DNA of 64,000 nucleotides from Corynebacterium sp. (GTDB lineage Bacteria > Actinomycetota > Actinomycetes > Mycobacteriales > Mycobacteriaceae): positions 62,969-126,968 of the forward strand of contig JAUMUD010000002.1 of assembly GCA_030530875.1 (NCBI GenBank), in the 5' to 3' direction. Positions 20,201-28,759 of this stretch are shown here, piece after piece (the first letter of the stretch is position 1; each line of letters starts with the position of its first letter). A program made the position numbers and the translations under genes. Under the pieces are notes generated by a model. It did no database searches. It was given only the letters and a program-made list of their open reading frames with translations, and had not been told where the DNA came from.

Positions 20201-21073
20201 AAGCTGCAAAGGCGCCATGCGCACCATGGTGGTCAGGAAATGGGTGCCTGGGATAAGGACCTTGGTGGTGAATTCACCCGCACGGTCGATGGTAAGGAGG
20301 TGCGCACCTTCCCCGCCTTGACAATTATTAAAAACAAGCAGGGTAAGCAGGAAGTGCGGGTGAAGGCCATGCCGACCAAGCAGCAGGCGGAGGCTGCCAT
20401 GCTGCGGTCCACGGTGGCCATGCTTGGTGCTAATATCACGGTCAAGACTAACCCAATGGTCAAGGGACTTCCCTTGAATCAGCGCGTGGCGCTCGACCAC
20501 TATCCGCATGGTGGCCTTGAAGGTCTCATTAATGATGCGCGCATTGCTGCTATTCGTGATGCCATGTTTGCCCATGGTGGACCAGCCACCAGCCCGGAGG
20601 GCTATGCGGAGCTCGAAAAGACCATCACCCCTGAGATTCCAGGACGCGTACGCCAGATTATTGTGGCTGTTGCTCCTGGTATTGAGGCCTGGGTGCGAGT
20701 CAATGCTGAGCTCAATAAGTGGACTGGTGAGGCCATTGATGATATGAAAAAGCAGCTCCAGACCGTCCTGCCACCCAATGCCATCTCCATCTTTGGTGCG
20801 GAGCGCTTAAAGCACCTGCCACGATTTATGGAGGCCATTAATATCCGCATGGATGATATGGGCCGCGACCCGGATAAGGACGCGGACCGTCAGGATGAGG
20901 TCAACCGCCTTGAGGACATGCTTCCAAAGGAAGTTATGGCAACTAAGGAGGGCAAGGAGATTCTGTGGATGCTGCAGGAATTCCGAGTCTCACTCTTTGC
21001 CCAGCGCCTGGGTACGAGTGGGCCGGTCTCTGCTCGAAGAATCGAAAAGGCGATCCACAAATTAGGGCTTTAG
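17231..21073 (+). CDS. hrpA: ATP-dependent RNA helicase HrpA
   Basis: [49 protein letters not shown], and the DUF3418-type end [13 protein letters not shown]. Confidence 0.96.
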   Translation: MTMQKHKTKHNTRTLSPEAKKLMRELDGVKIKERPNFRRRIRGANSAAAFSAIQADLAKAKARVEAIHIPAIEYPELPVSARRDEIMASIRDNQVVIIAGETGSGKTTQIPKMCLDLGRGRFGMIGHTQPRRLAARSVAERIAEELGQEIGQSVGYAIRFDDRVGPNTAVKLMTDGIILAELARDPLLLAYDTLIIDEAHERSLNIDFLLGYIKQLLPQRPDLKVIITSATIDPERFAEHFDGAPIIEVSGRTYPVEVRYRPVEEITESNDLNDAVLAALEELMAEGDGDILCFFATEREIRDMLELIEAQNWRNTHAVPLFGRLSNEEQHRIFSPHAGRRIVLSTNIAETSLTVPGIHYVVDTGLARISRYSVRTKVQRLPIEPVSQASANQRSGRCGRIADGVAIRLYSEQDFLSRPEFTDPEILRTNLASVILQMESLGLGDIPFVQAPEPKALRDGKNLLYELQALRHEADLRQPIRRKVGKPSALLSPIGRTLAKIPVDPRLGRMLVAANHNGVLSQTLVIVAALSIQDVRERPLEFQAQADQQHARFKDTTSDFLSYLKLWEYIRTTRKELSGNQFRKRMKAEYLHYVRIREWMDLVTQLREVCQELDWNTSRPAANTTEADRIHQALLTGLLGNIGARIRETQQFQGARGTQLMIFPGSALAKKPPQFIMAAQIVETTRLWARDVAQIDPAWLEDIAGDLLRRSYSEPHWSAKRQAAMCYERCQLYGVTIYADRLTAYQKVDPEAARDMFIRNALVQGEWSTHHNFFHQNQKALARAQEVEEKARRRDLLIDDERLYSFYDARIPKNVTSGAHFNSWFKKQDPHCLDFDPEKLLHEDAKDISTTDFPDTWGDYELSYVFDPTDPNDGISMRIPVPLIAAVDPAGTDWLVPGMRQELVTELIRTLPKALRRLVVPAPDWAAKVTPELNALNSTHEPITTALAKLLPRGIDDTDFNPAKLPPHLRMNFLAIDKRGKVIDQDRDLAKLQRRHAHHGGQEMGAWDKDLGGEFTRTVDGKEVRTFPALTIIKNKQGKQEVRVKAMPTKQQAEAAMLRSTVAMLGANITVKTNPMVKGLPLNQRVALDHYPHGGLEGLINDARIAAIRDAMFAHGGPATSPEGYAELEKTITPEIPGRVRQIIVAVAPGIEAWVRVNAELNKWTGEAIDDMKKQLQTVLPPNAISIFGAERLKHLPRFMEAINIRMDDMGRDPDKDADRQDEVNRLEDMLPKEVMATKEGKEILWMLQEFRVSLFAQRLGTSGPVSARRIEKAIHKLGL

Positions 21074-21528
21074 AACTCGCCCTTATTTTTACGACGCATG
21101 CTTCTGATTTCACGTTCGAAGTCAGAAGCATCCTCGAAGCCCTTATAGACCGAGGCAAAGCGTAGGTAGGCGACTTCGTCGAGACGCCTCAATGGCTCAA
21201 GGATGGCTAGACCAATCTCATTGGCATTGACCTGTGAGGAGCCCTTGGTGCGTACGGAATTTTCCACCTCTTGGGCAAGGCGCTTCAAAGCATCATCGCT
21301 CACATCGCGGCCCTGGCAGGCGCGACGAACACCATTAATGACTTTTTCACGGGAGAATTCTTCTGTCACGCCATTGCGCTTGACCACGAGCAGCACGCAG
21401 CGCTCCATGGTTGTGAAACGGCCACCGCAGGACTCACATTCGCGCCTGCGGCGAATGGTGGTACCACGGTCAGTGACGCGGGAATCAATAACGCGGGAGG
21501 CTGAATGCTGACAGAAGGGACAATGCAT
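21070..21528 (-). CDS. nrdR: Transcriptional repressor NrdR
   Basis: [32 protein letters not shown]-cone, [12 protein letters not shown]. Confidence 0.96.
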   Translation of the reverse strand: MHCPFCQHSASRVIDSRVTDRGTTIRRRRECESCGGRFTTMERCVLLVVKRNGVTEEFSREKVINGVRRACQGRDVSDDALKRLAQEVENSVRTKGSSQVNANEIGLAILEPLRRLDEVAYLRFASVYKGFEDASDFEREIRSMRRKNKGEF

Positions 21529-21661
21529 GAGCACCATTATATAGACAACCGTAGAAGCGCAGAGAAAATTTTTCTCTTCTATGGTTTACGGGGGTGAGGT
21601 TTTTCGGTACACTAGGGTTTTAGTACAGTTGTTTGAAGCACTAGTGAACGGAAGAATTGCA

Positions 21662-22345
21662 ATGCCACCCCGCAAAAAGAGAATTACCAAACCTGCTGAC
21701 CTCTCCACCCGTCAGCAGCAGATTCTGGCTGTGATCCAGAATTCGGTCAGCCTTCGTGGCTACCCTCCTACCATCCGTGAGATTGGTAAGGCCACTGGCC
21801 TTACCTCCACTTCCTCGGTGGCCTACCAGCTTGAAGTTCTTGAGAAGCATGGCTTCCTCAAGCGCGGTGAGCGTGGTGCTCGCGCCTATGCCGTGAAGGA
21901 AGATAAGGAACTGCACAAGGTCCTCAAGGAACTCACGGAAGACCCTGCTGACTATGACTTTAGCGCCAATTATGTTCCCGTGGTTGGCACCATAGCAGCT
22001 GGCACGCCAATTACCGCCAAGCAGAATATTCAGGATTATTTCGCCATGCCGAAGTCCATGGTGAAGGATGAAAATAGCTTCGCTTTGAAGGTGAAGGGTG
22101 ACTCCATGATTAACGCAGGAATCATGGATGGCGACTGGGTTGTCGTTCAGCCACAACATACTGCGGAAAATAAAGAGATTGTCGCCGCTCTCATTGATGG
22201 TGAGGCCACCGTGAAGTATTGGGATACCAATGAGGCGGATAAGGGGCAAATCTGGCTTCAGCCCGCCAATGAGAATTACGAACCTATTGATGGCAATAAC
22301 GCCATTATTCTCGGCAAAGTAGTCTCCTTGCTCCGCAAGTACTAG
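21662..22345 (+). CDS. lexA: SOS repressor LexA
   Basis: GYPPTIREIG, STSSVAYQL, GTIAAG (A-G cleavage site), VKGDSM (Ser), EATVK (Lys), GKVVSLLR. Confidence 0.95.
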   Translation: MPPRKKRITKPADLSTRQQQILAVIQNSVSLRGYPPTIREIGKATGLTSTSSVAYQLEVLEKHGFLKRGERGARAYAVKEDKELHKVLKELTEDPADYDFSANYVPVVGTIAAGTPITAKQNIQDYFAMPKSMVKDENSFALKVKGDSMINAGIMDGDWVVVQPQHTAENKEIVAALIDGEATVKYWDTNEADKGQIWLQPANENYEPIDGNNAIILGKVVSLLRKY

Positions 22346-22378
22346 TCTGGGCGCTACTACCCCGCAGCTTCTTCCATT

Positions 22379-22407
22379 TGGCCACAGTTCGCTGTGGCCA
22401 TTTTCTT
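22379..22407 (+). terminator. Terminator after lexA
   Basis: TGGCCACAG-TTCG-CTGTGGCCA-TTTTCTTT. Confidence 0.75.
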
Positions 22408-22908
22408 TGGGCTCACCCCCGAAATTCCGCGCAAAGTTTTCTTAGATTTGAGTGGTCCATTTCAGAAATTCTTATAAGATTTAAGGTTTCCTTAAGGAAT
22501 GAATCAAACAAGTGAGGCTTCAGGAACCCGAAACCATCGAACAACTTCGGTTCATTTTTAGGACAACAGCTGAGAAATGTTAGGAACATCACACTCGTAT
22601 TTAAAAAATTTTTCTTGAAAAATACAGACTTTTGAGACAAGGCGCTTTCTTGGTCTTTATTTTATCAATGCAGGTTAATGGGTGTTTTATGTGGATAACC
22701 TGAATCGATCAAGGAAAATTTTTATGTATAGAGTGAGTAACACCCATAACATTAACAACATTTCTATCATGACCTGCCGTTTCCAGGTTGACTTACTGGC
22801 TCCAACTCTTTAAGCTTTTTCTTAGTTAGAAACTCTAGCGGCGGTACTGCATGCAGTGCCACCACTTCTTAAATACTATTCAGAAACACAAGTTAAGAAA
22901 GGCACGCG

Positions 22909-23994
22909 ATGCGTAGTACACGACGTTTAATGTTGCATGGCCGCAAGGCCGTGGTCGCCGGTGCTCTTTGCTTGAGCGTAGCTGGCTCACTTAGCGCAAT
23001 CCCAGCAGCACATGCGGATACCACCACGACTACAGAAACCCAAGAGACTGATTATCAGCGAGATGTGAGGATCTTCAAGAACATCTACACTTCTGCTCAG
23101 AACCGTATTAAGGCTAATACCAAGCTGACTACGAGTGAGCAGGAAGACTGGCTGAAGTATCTGTCTGACGAGGCTAAGACCGCCTGTGCTCCAGCTCTGA
23201 TGACAGAGGATCTCGACCAGGCTGCACGCAATGAGCTCTCCCAGCAATGCCGCACCAAGGTCAATGCTGTTGATGCACTGATTCAGGCTAGTGCTGGCCT
23301 CTCTACTGAGAAGAATGCAGCCAAGGATGAGATTAACTCCCTGGCATATCTGACCGAAAAGCAGAAGGCTGATTATGACAGCGAGATCACCACTGCTGCT
23401 AAGAAGGTCGACCAGGATCAGCTCGTTTCCACCTCTGTTCCAGTGGACCTGAGCGATGTCCAGGTTGGTGTTATCTCTAATATTATGGAGAGCGCTCGCA
23501 CTGCCAACCTTGATGGCCTGAAGAACCTCTTCACCCAGTATGTCAGCTCTTATAGCACCCTCACCGATGCGGAGCGCAACGGCTACATCAACTGGGTTGG
23601 CATTATCACTGATAACACCGCTTCCACCATCAGCACCATTGAGGAGCGCTTTGCTGATGCAGCCCGCGCATACTTGGCCAGTGCTCAGAATGCCACTAAT
23701 ATCTCTGTGGCAATGACCAACATTGACAATATCCTCAAGACTGACAACCCTGGTACTGATAAGATCACCGAGATCAATGATGTTGTCACCCTGGCTGCAC
23801 CACTGAATCCATATTCCCGCGACCTTGAGTCTGGCCGTGGTACCCCACTGGATGAGGTTCCAGGTGAGGCCAGCACCAGCAGCAAGATTCCAACCTGGCT
23901 CTGGTACGTCATCGGTGCTGCGGGTATTGGTCTCATCGGTGCGATTGCTGGCGCCATTGGCTCCGCACTCCACCTGCTGCCAAACCAGCAATAA
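22909..23994 (+). CDS. Secreted surface protein with GA-module-like helical repeats and C-terminal membrane anchor
   Basis: Signal peptide ending AHA, repeats such as AAKDEINSLAYLTEKQKADYDSEI, hydrophobic C-terminus WYVIGAAGIGLIGAIAGAIG. GAAAGG RBS. Confidence 0.7.
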   Translation: MRSTRRLMLHGRKAVVAGALCLSVAGSLSAIPAAHADTTTTTETQETDYQRDVRIFKNIYTSAQNRIKANTKLTTSEQEDWLKYLSDEAKTACAPALMTEDLDQAARNELSQQCRTKVNAVDALIQASAGLSTEKNAAKDEINSLAYLTEKQKADYDSEITTAAKKVDQDQLVSTSVPVDLSDVQVGVISNIMESARTANLDGLKNLFTQYVSSYSTLTDAERNGYINWVGIITDNTASTISTIEERFADAARAYLASAQNATNISVAMTNIDNILKTDNPGTDKITEINDVVTLAAPLNPYSRDLESGRGTPLDEVPGEASTSSKIPTWLWYVIGAAGIGLIGAIAGAIGSALHLLPNQQ

Positions 23995-24049
23995 GCTATA
24001 GTTTCTATCTTTTCTAGTGTGCTGCTAGATTAGCTCAATTGAGCACCAT

Positions 24050-24082
24050 AGAGGCCCCGGTTATATCCTAGCCGGGGCCTCT
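24050..24082. terminator. GC-rich hairpin after the surface protein gene
   Basis: AGAGGCCCCGG...CCGGGGCCTCT, 11 bp stem; no clear U tract. Confidence 0.5.
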
Positions 24083-24218
24083 ACCCCTATTCGGGGGTAA
24101 AAATCGGCTTTGGAAAACACAAATGTGGAAAACTATGATAGAAAATACATAGTTATTCTTTTGATAAATTTGGTTTTTCATTGCTGGTATAGCAATTTTC
24201 TAGGAAGGGGCGCTAAGC

Positions 24219-25016
24219 ATGTATGCCGAAGAACGTCGCCGTCAAATTGCTTCTTTGGCCGCTGTTGCCGGTCGAGTTAATGTCACAGAACTCGCTGACC
24301 GCTTTGAGGTGACAGCGGAGACCATTCGCCGTGACTTGGCCATCCTCGACCACGAGGGTTCCGTTCAACGCGTCCACGGCGGCGCTGTCGCCTCCCAGAA
24401 CTTCCAAACGACCGAATATACCCTCGATGTGCGCGCACGCTCCGCACAGGCCGCTAAGCGCGCCATTGCCCGCACTGCCCTTCAGTTCCTCCCCGAACCA
24501 GGCTCCTCCATCTTCTTTGACTCGGGCACAACACTTGGCGCACTGGGCGATCTTTTCACCAAGCTCCCAACGGCCCAGCAGTATTCGGTAACCACCAATT
24601 CCCTGCCCATTAGTCTGGCCATGTCCTCTGCTGGCCTCAATAGCGTGCAACTACTCGGTGGCAATGTGCGTGCCATTACTCAAGCAGTGGTTGGGGATAC
24701 TGCGCTGCGTACCTTGGCTTTGATTCGTGCTGATGTGGCCTTTGTTGGCACTAACGCACTGACTGTGGATCATGGTCTGTCCACTGCGGACGCGCAAGAA
24801 GCCGCTGTTAAGCGCGCAATGATTATGAATGCCCGCAAGGTGATTGTGCTGTGTGACTCCTCCAAGCTGGGCTGCGATTATCTGGTGAGCTTCTCCACCA
24901 TTGGGGATATTGATGTGCTCATTACAGATTCCAATGCCCCATCAATCTTCATTGAGCAGCTGCGTCTCCACGGCATTGATGTAGTCATTGCCGATACCGG
25001 GAATTCGAAGAATTAA
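24219..25016 (+). CDS. sugR: DeoR-type global sugar regulator SugR
   Basis: MYAEERRRQIASL, VTAETIRRDL, RVHGGAV. Syntenic with ptsI. Confidence 0.92.
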   Translation: MYAEERRRQIASLAAVAGRVNVTELADRFEVTAETIRRDLAILDHEGSVQRVHGGAVASQNFQTTEYTLDVRARSAQAAKRAIARTALQFLPEPGSSIFFDSGTTLGALGDLFTKLPTAQQYSVTTNSLPISLAMSSAGLNSVQLLGGNVRAITQAVVGDTALRTLALIRADVAFVGTNALTVDHGLSTADAQEAAVKRAMIMNARKVIVLCDSSKLGCDYLVSFSTIGDIDVLITDSNAPSIFIEQLRLHGIDVVIADTGNSKN

Positions 25017-25083
25017 ATTTATGGCTGCCTTCGGGCCGCTTTTCTTTTCCTTGTATTTCCTTTTTTGAGGTAACGAAAAACAG

Positions 25084-25111
25084 AAAAAGGACGCTGCCGA
25101 AGCAGCGCCCT
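25084..25111 (-). terminator. Terminator of ptsI
   Basis: AGGACGCTGC-CGAA-GCAGCGCCCT, with a T tract on the minus strand. Confidence 0.6.
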
Positions 25112-25133
25112 TGGAGCGGAAAGTATTCCGGAA

Positions 25134-26828
25134 TTAGCCGTTGATGACCTTGCGTACAGCGTTGCGGGCCTCAGTAGCACCCTCAGCATTGAGAGCAGCC
25201 TCAGCGGCCTTCTGGCAGGTCTCGAAGTCAACAGCGGAGAGCTGTGCACCAACACCAGCAATAGCGGTGGAAGCAGCAGACAGGGAGTTGACGCCAAGAC
25301 CGGTAAGAACGCAAGCGAGCAGTGGATCGGCAGCAGCCTCACCGCAAACACCGACAGCAGCGTCGTACTTCTTACCATTGTCACAGGTCATCTTGATGAG
25401 ACGCAGGACAGCTGGCTGCCATGGGTCGGTCAGGTAAGCGAGCTGTGGGCTCATACGGTCAGCAGCCATGGTGTACTGGGTCAGGTCATTGGTACCAATG
25501 GAGACGAAGTCCAGGTGAGGCATGATCTTATCAGCCATCAGAGCGGCAGCAGGAACCTCAATCATGGCGCCGGCGGTCAGGCCGCGCTCCTTACAAAGAC
25601 CAGCGAACCAAGCAGCCTCACGAGCGGTAGCAACCATAGGAGCCATCACCCAGGTAGGAGCACCCTTAGCCTCACGGCCGAGGTCATTAGCAGCCTTAGC
25701 AATAGCGTCGAGCTGACGGGTCAGAAGTGGCTCATTGGCACGAGCAACACGCAGACCACGAACACCCAGAGCTGGGTTCATCTCATCGGCCATGGAAGCG
25801 AAGGCAACTGGCTTATCGGAACCAGCGTCGAGGGAACGAACAACAACCTTAGACTCAGGGAACTGCTCGAGGACCTTCTTGTAGACCTCAGCCTGCTCGT
25901 CCACAGATGGCTCCTCAGTAGCAGAAAGGAAGCACATCTCAGTACGGAAGAGACCAATACCCTCAGCCTGGGTACCAGCAGCAAGGCGGGCAGCATTGCC
26001 GTCCTGGACATTAGCCAGGAGCTGGACGCGGTGGCCATCCTTGGTCTGAGCTGGGCCACGCCACTGAGCAACGCGCTCAGCAACGAGACGGTAATCGGAA
26101 ACAGCGCGCTCAGCGAGCTCTGGGTCAGCGCCCAGGGTGACGGTACCGAGGGAGCCGTCGACAAGCACCTTCTCGCCAGCCTTGATGTCCTTGATCTTGG
26201 CGCCAACAGCAACGATGCATGGGAGGTTGAGCTGGCGAGCAAGAATAGCGGTGTGGCTGGTTGGGCCACCGAGCTCGGTCACGAGCGCACGGAAGTGCTT
26301 TGGATCGAGGGATGCGGTGTCGGCTGGGCTGAGGTCATCAGCAAAAAGAACTACCTCACCGGTAACAGATGGAAGACCTGGCTCTGGCTCGCCGCGAAGC
26401 TCGGCAATAACACGGTCGCGGATATCGCGAAGGTCGGTGACGCGCTCTGCCATCACACCACCAGCAGCCTCAAACATGGAGATGAACTTGGTGGTAGCAG
26501 CAACAACAGCATAGTCAGCTGGGTGGCCGGAAGAAATGTTCTTCTTCACAGCCTTGCGCCAACCACGGTCACGCAGCATACCAGCGGTAGCATTCAGAAT
26601 TTCCTTGGCGTGGCCATCGGCAGCAGCAGAACGAGCTGCAAGATTTTCAGCAACCTTATTAGCGGCCTCTTCGAACTTTTCGAATTCAGCATCGCGGAGA
26701 TCTTCAGCAACAACAGCACCGGCACTTGGCAGTTCTGGACGTGGAGAAATCCAGATAGCTTCTGCATAGCTGATGCCTGGCACCACTGCGGTGCCCTTAA
26801 TGACGGTGTCATGGGTCACGTTACTCAA
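25134..26828 (-). CDS. ptsI: PTS enzyme I
   Basis: GGPTSHTAILAR (phospho-His), GIGLFRTE, GAMIEVPAAA, SIGTNDLTQY, VGVCGE. Confidence 0.97.
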   Translation of the reverse strand: MSNVTHDTVIKGTAVVPGISYAEAIWISPRPELPSAGAVVAEDLRDAEFEKFEEAANKVAENLAARSAAADGHAKEILNATAGMLRDRGWRKAVKKNISSGHPADYAVVAATTKFISMFEAAGGVMAERVTDLRDIRDRVIAELRGEPEPGLPSVTGEVVLFADDLSPADTASLDPKHFRALVTELGGPTSHTAILARQLNLPCIVAVGAKIKDIKAGEKVLVDGSLGTVTLGADPELAERAVSDYRLVAERVAQWRGPAQTKDGHRVQLLANVQDGNAARLAAGTQAEGIGLFRTEMCFLSATEEPSVDEQAEVYKKVLEQFPESKVVVRSLDAGSDKPVAFASMADEMNPALGVRGLRVARANEPLLTRQLDAIAKAANDLGREAKGAPTWVMAPMVATAREAAWFAGLCKERGLTAGAMIEVPAAALMADKIMPHLDFVSIGTNDLTQYTMAADRMSPQLAYLTDPWQPAVLRLIKMTCDNGKKYDAAVGVCGEAAADPLLACVLTGLGVNSLSAASTAIAGVGAQLSAVDFETCQKAAEAALNAEGATEARNAVRKVING

Positions 26829-26978
26829 TTTGGAATACCTTCCTCACTAGTGTTTCCAGACCAATCTACCACTTTTTTAGGAATAGGCTCGGATACTAAA
26901 AGGGGGGTGTGTTGGAAAACACATAAAGAAATGTTGGAAAACCCACATTTAACCTTTGTTTGTGTGGTTTAATTGATC

Positions 26979-27782
26979 ATGACGGACAAAACAGAACCAA
27001 AGGAGGTGAGTATGCTCACAGCACACGACCGTCGGAAGGAGATTGTCTCCCTCATTATCACCAATGGCCATACCGGAGTTTCCGAACTCTCGGAGCGTTT
27101 TGACGTCGCTGCCGAAACAATCCGACGGGATCTGAAAGCCCTCGAGGCTGAAGGACTCGTGAGTCGTGTTCATGGTGGCGCTGTTCCACAAAATGGTCTG
27201 CCGGACCTTCCATTCCGCGAATCCGAGCAAGCCAATATTGCAGAGAAGACAGATATTGCCGCATTGGCCGTCGATCTGCTCCCTCAAGGACCAGCGAGCA
27301 TCTTCCTCGATTCGGGCACTACCACTGCCCGTTTCGCTGAGGAACTGGTGCGCCGTTATCAGGGCCAGCCATGGACCATTGTGACCAATTCCCTGCCAGC
27401 AGCCATGATTTTGGCTGATGGGAATATCCCAGGGGTCAATATCCTGGGCGGCACAATGAAGAACATCACTCGTGCTGTGATCGGTAATCAGGTGGTTGAG
27501 GCTATCGGGAACCTGCGGGCGGATTTCGCCTTTATGGGTACCAATGGCATCACCGAGGCCCATGGCCTTTCCACCCCTGATACTGCCGAGGCTAGCGTGA
27601 AGCGAGCCATGATTGAGGCCGCACAGACCACAGTTGTCCTGTGTGATTCTTCGAAATTTGGCCGTGAATTCCTCGTTACTTTCAGCGACCTCGATGCCGT
27701 AGACATTGTCGTCACCGACAGTCACGTGGAGCAGAAATTCTGCGATCTTCTTAATAATTACGACATCAAGGTGGTCAATTAA
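26979..27782 (+). CDS. fruR: DeoR-type fructose regulator FruR
   Basis: DeoR HTH AAETIRRDL, RVHGGAV; heads the fruK-fruA operon. Confidence 0.88.
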   Translation: MTDKTEPKEVSMLTAHDRRKEIVSLIITNGHTGVSELSERFDVAAETIRRDLKALEAEGLVSRVHGGAVPQNGLPDLPFRESEQANIAEKTDIAALAVDLLPQGPASIFLDSGTTTARFAEELVRRYQGQPWTIVTNSLPAAMILADGNIPGVNILGGTMKNITRAVIGNQVVEAIGNLRADFAFMGTNGITEAHGLSTPDTAEASVKRAMIEAAQTTVVLCDSSKFGREFLVTFSDLDAVDIVVTDSHVEQKFCDLLNNYDIKVVN

Positions 27783-28748
27783 ATGATTGTGACTCTAACC
27801 CCCAATCCGAGTATTGATCAGACCCTGTCTCTCGGCGAAGAGCTTGAGCGTGGCACTGTTCAGCGCCTGCAGCAGGTTACCTCGGTAGCCGGCGGCAAGG
27901 GTGTTAACGTGAGCCATGTTGCTCATTTGGCCGGTGTGAAAACTCTGGCCCTCTTCCCTTCCGCAGGTAACGACCCATTCCTCGGGCTCTTCAAAGATGT
28001 GGAAATTCCATATCACGCAACCCCACATGATGGCCCTGTTCGTACCAATATCACCATTACTGAGCCTGATGGCACTACCACCAAGCTCAATGGTCCAGGT
28101 CATGAGCTCAGCCCTGCAACTGCAGAAGCACTTATGGAGGATCTCCTCCGCTATGCTGAGGGCGCAAGCTGGGTAGTTCTTGCTGGTTCCTTGCCTCCAG
28201 GGCTTCCTGCTGACTGGTACGCTCAGGCTCTTAAGGCTCTACGCGCAAAGTTCCCTGAACTTCCTGTTGCTGTAGATACCTCTGATGCTCCGCTCATTGA
28301 GCTGGGCAAGCACCTCGATGAGGTTGGTCCTACCATCATGAAGCCAAATGGTCTGGAATTGGGCCAGCTGGTCGGTGTGGATGGTCTCCACCTTGAGGAA
28401 GAAGCGGAAAAGGGCAATTATGCACCTGTTATTGAGGCAGCCAAGCCGCTGATGGAAAAGCAGGTCGATGAATTGCTCGTCACCCTGGGTGGTGCCGGCG
28501 CTGTCCTTATTACTAAGGAGGGTTCCTGGATTGCCAACCCTGCACCAATCACCGTGGTTTCCACTGTGGGTGCTGGTGACTGCACGCTGGCTGGTTATGT
28601 TCTTGCCCGTTCCCGTGGCATGGACCATGCTGATGCTCTTGCGCAGGCAGTGGGCTACGGCTCCGCTGCTGCAAGCCTTCCGGGGACAACCATCCCCACC
28701 CCTGATATTATCAACGCGGCTGGCGCTACCGTGCGCAGCCTGGCATAA
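27783..28748 (+). CDS. fruK: 1-phosphofructokinase (PfkB family)
   Basis: MIVTLTPNPSIDQT, GGKGVNVS, MKPNGLEL, STVGAGDC. Confidence 0.93.
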   Translation: MIVTLTPNPSIDQTLSLGEELERGTVQRLQQVTSVAGGKGVNVSHVAHLAGVKTLALFPSAGNDPFLGLFKDVEIPYHATPHDGPVRTNITITEPDGTTTKLNGPGHELSPATAEALMEDLLRYAEGASWVVLAGSLPPGLPADWYAQALKALRAKFPELPVAVDTSDAPLIELGKHLDEVGPTIMKPNGLELGQLVGVDGLHLEEEAEKGNYAPVIEAAKPLMEKQVDELLVTLGGAGAVLITKEGSWIANPAPITVVSTVGAGDCTLAGYVLARSRGMDHADALAQAVGYGSAAASLPGTTIPTPDIINAAGATVRSLA

Positions 28749-28759
28749 GGGAGTTTCCC

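Noticed and set aside
22537-22550. TCGAACA-AC-TTCGG, resembling an SOS box, downstream of lexA
   Set aside because: The left half is perfect but the spacing is 2 nt short of the 16 bp box. It is better explained as part of a hairpin.
22499-22561. 20-codon ORF MNQTSEASGTRNHRTTSVHF in the AT-rich region
   Set aside because: The AAGGA abuts the ATG with no spacer, and there is no coding signal or motif.
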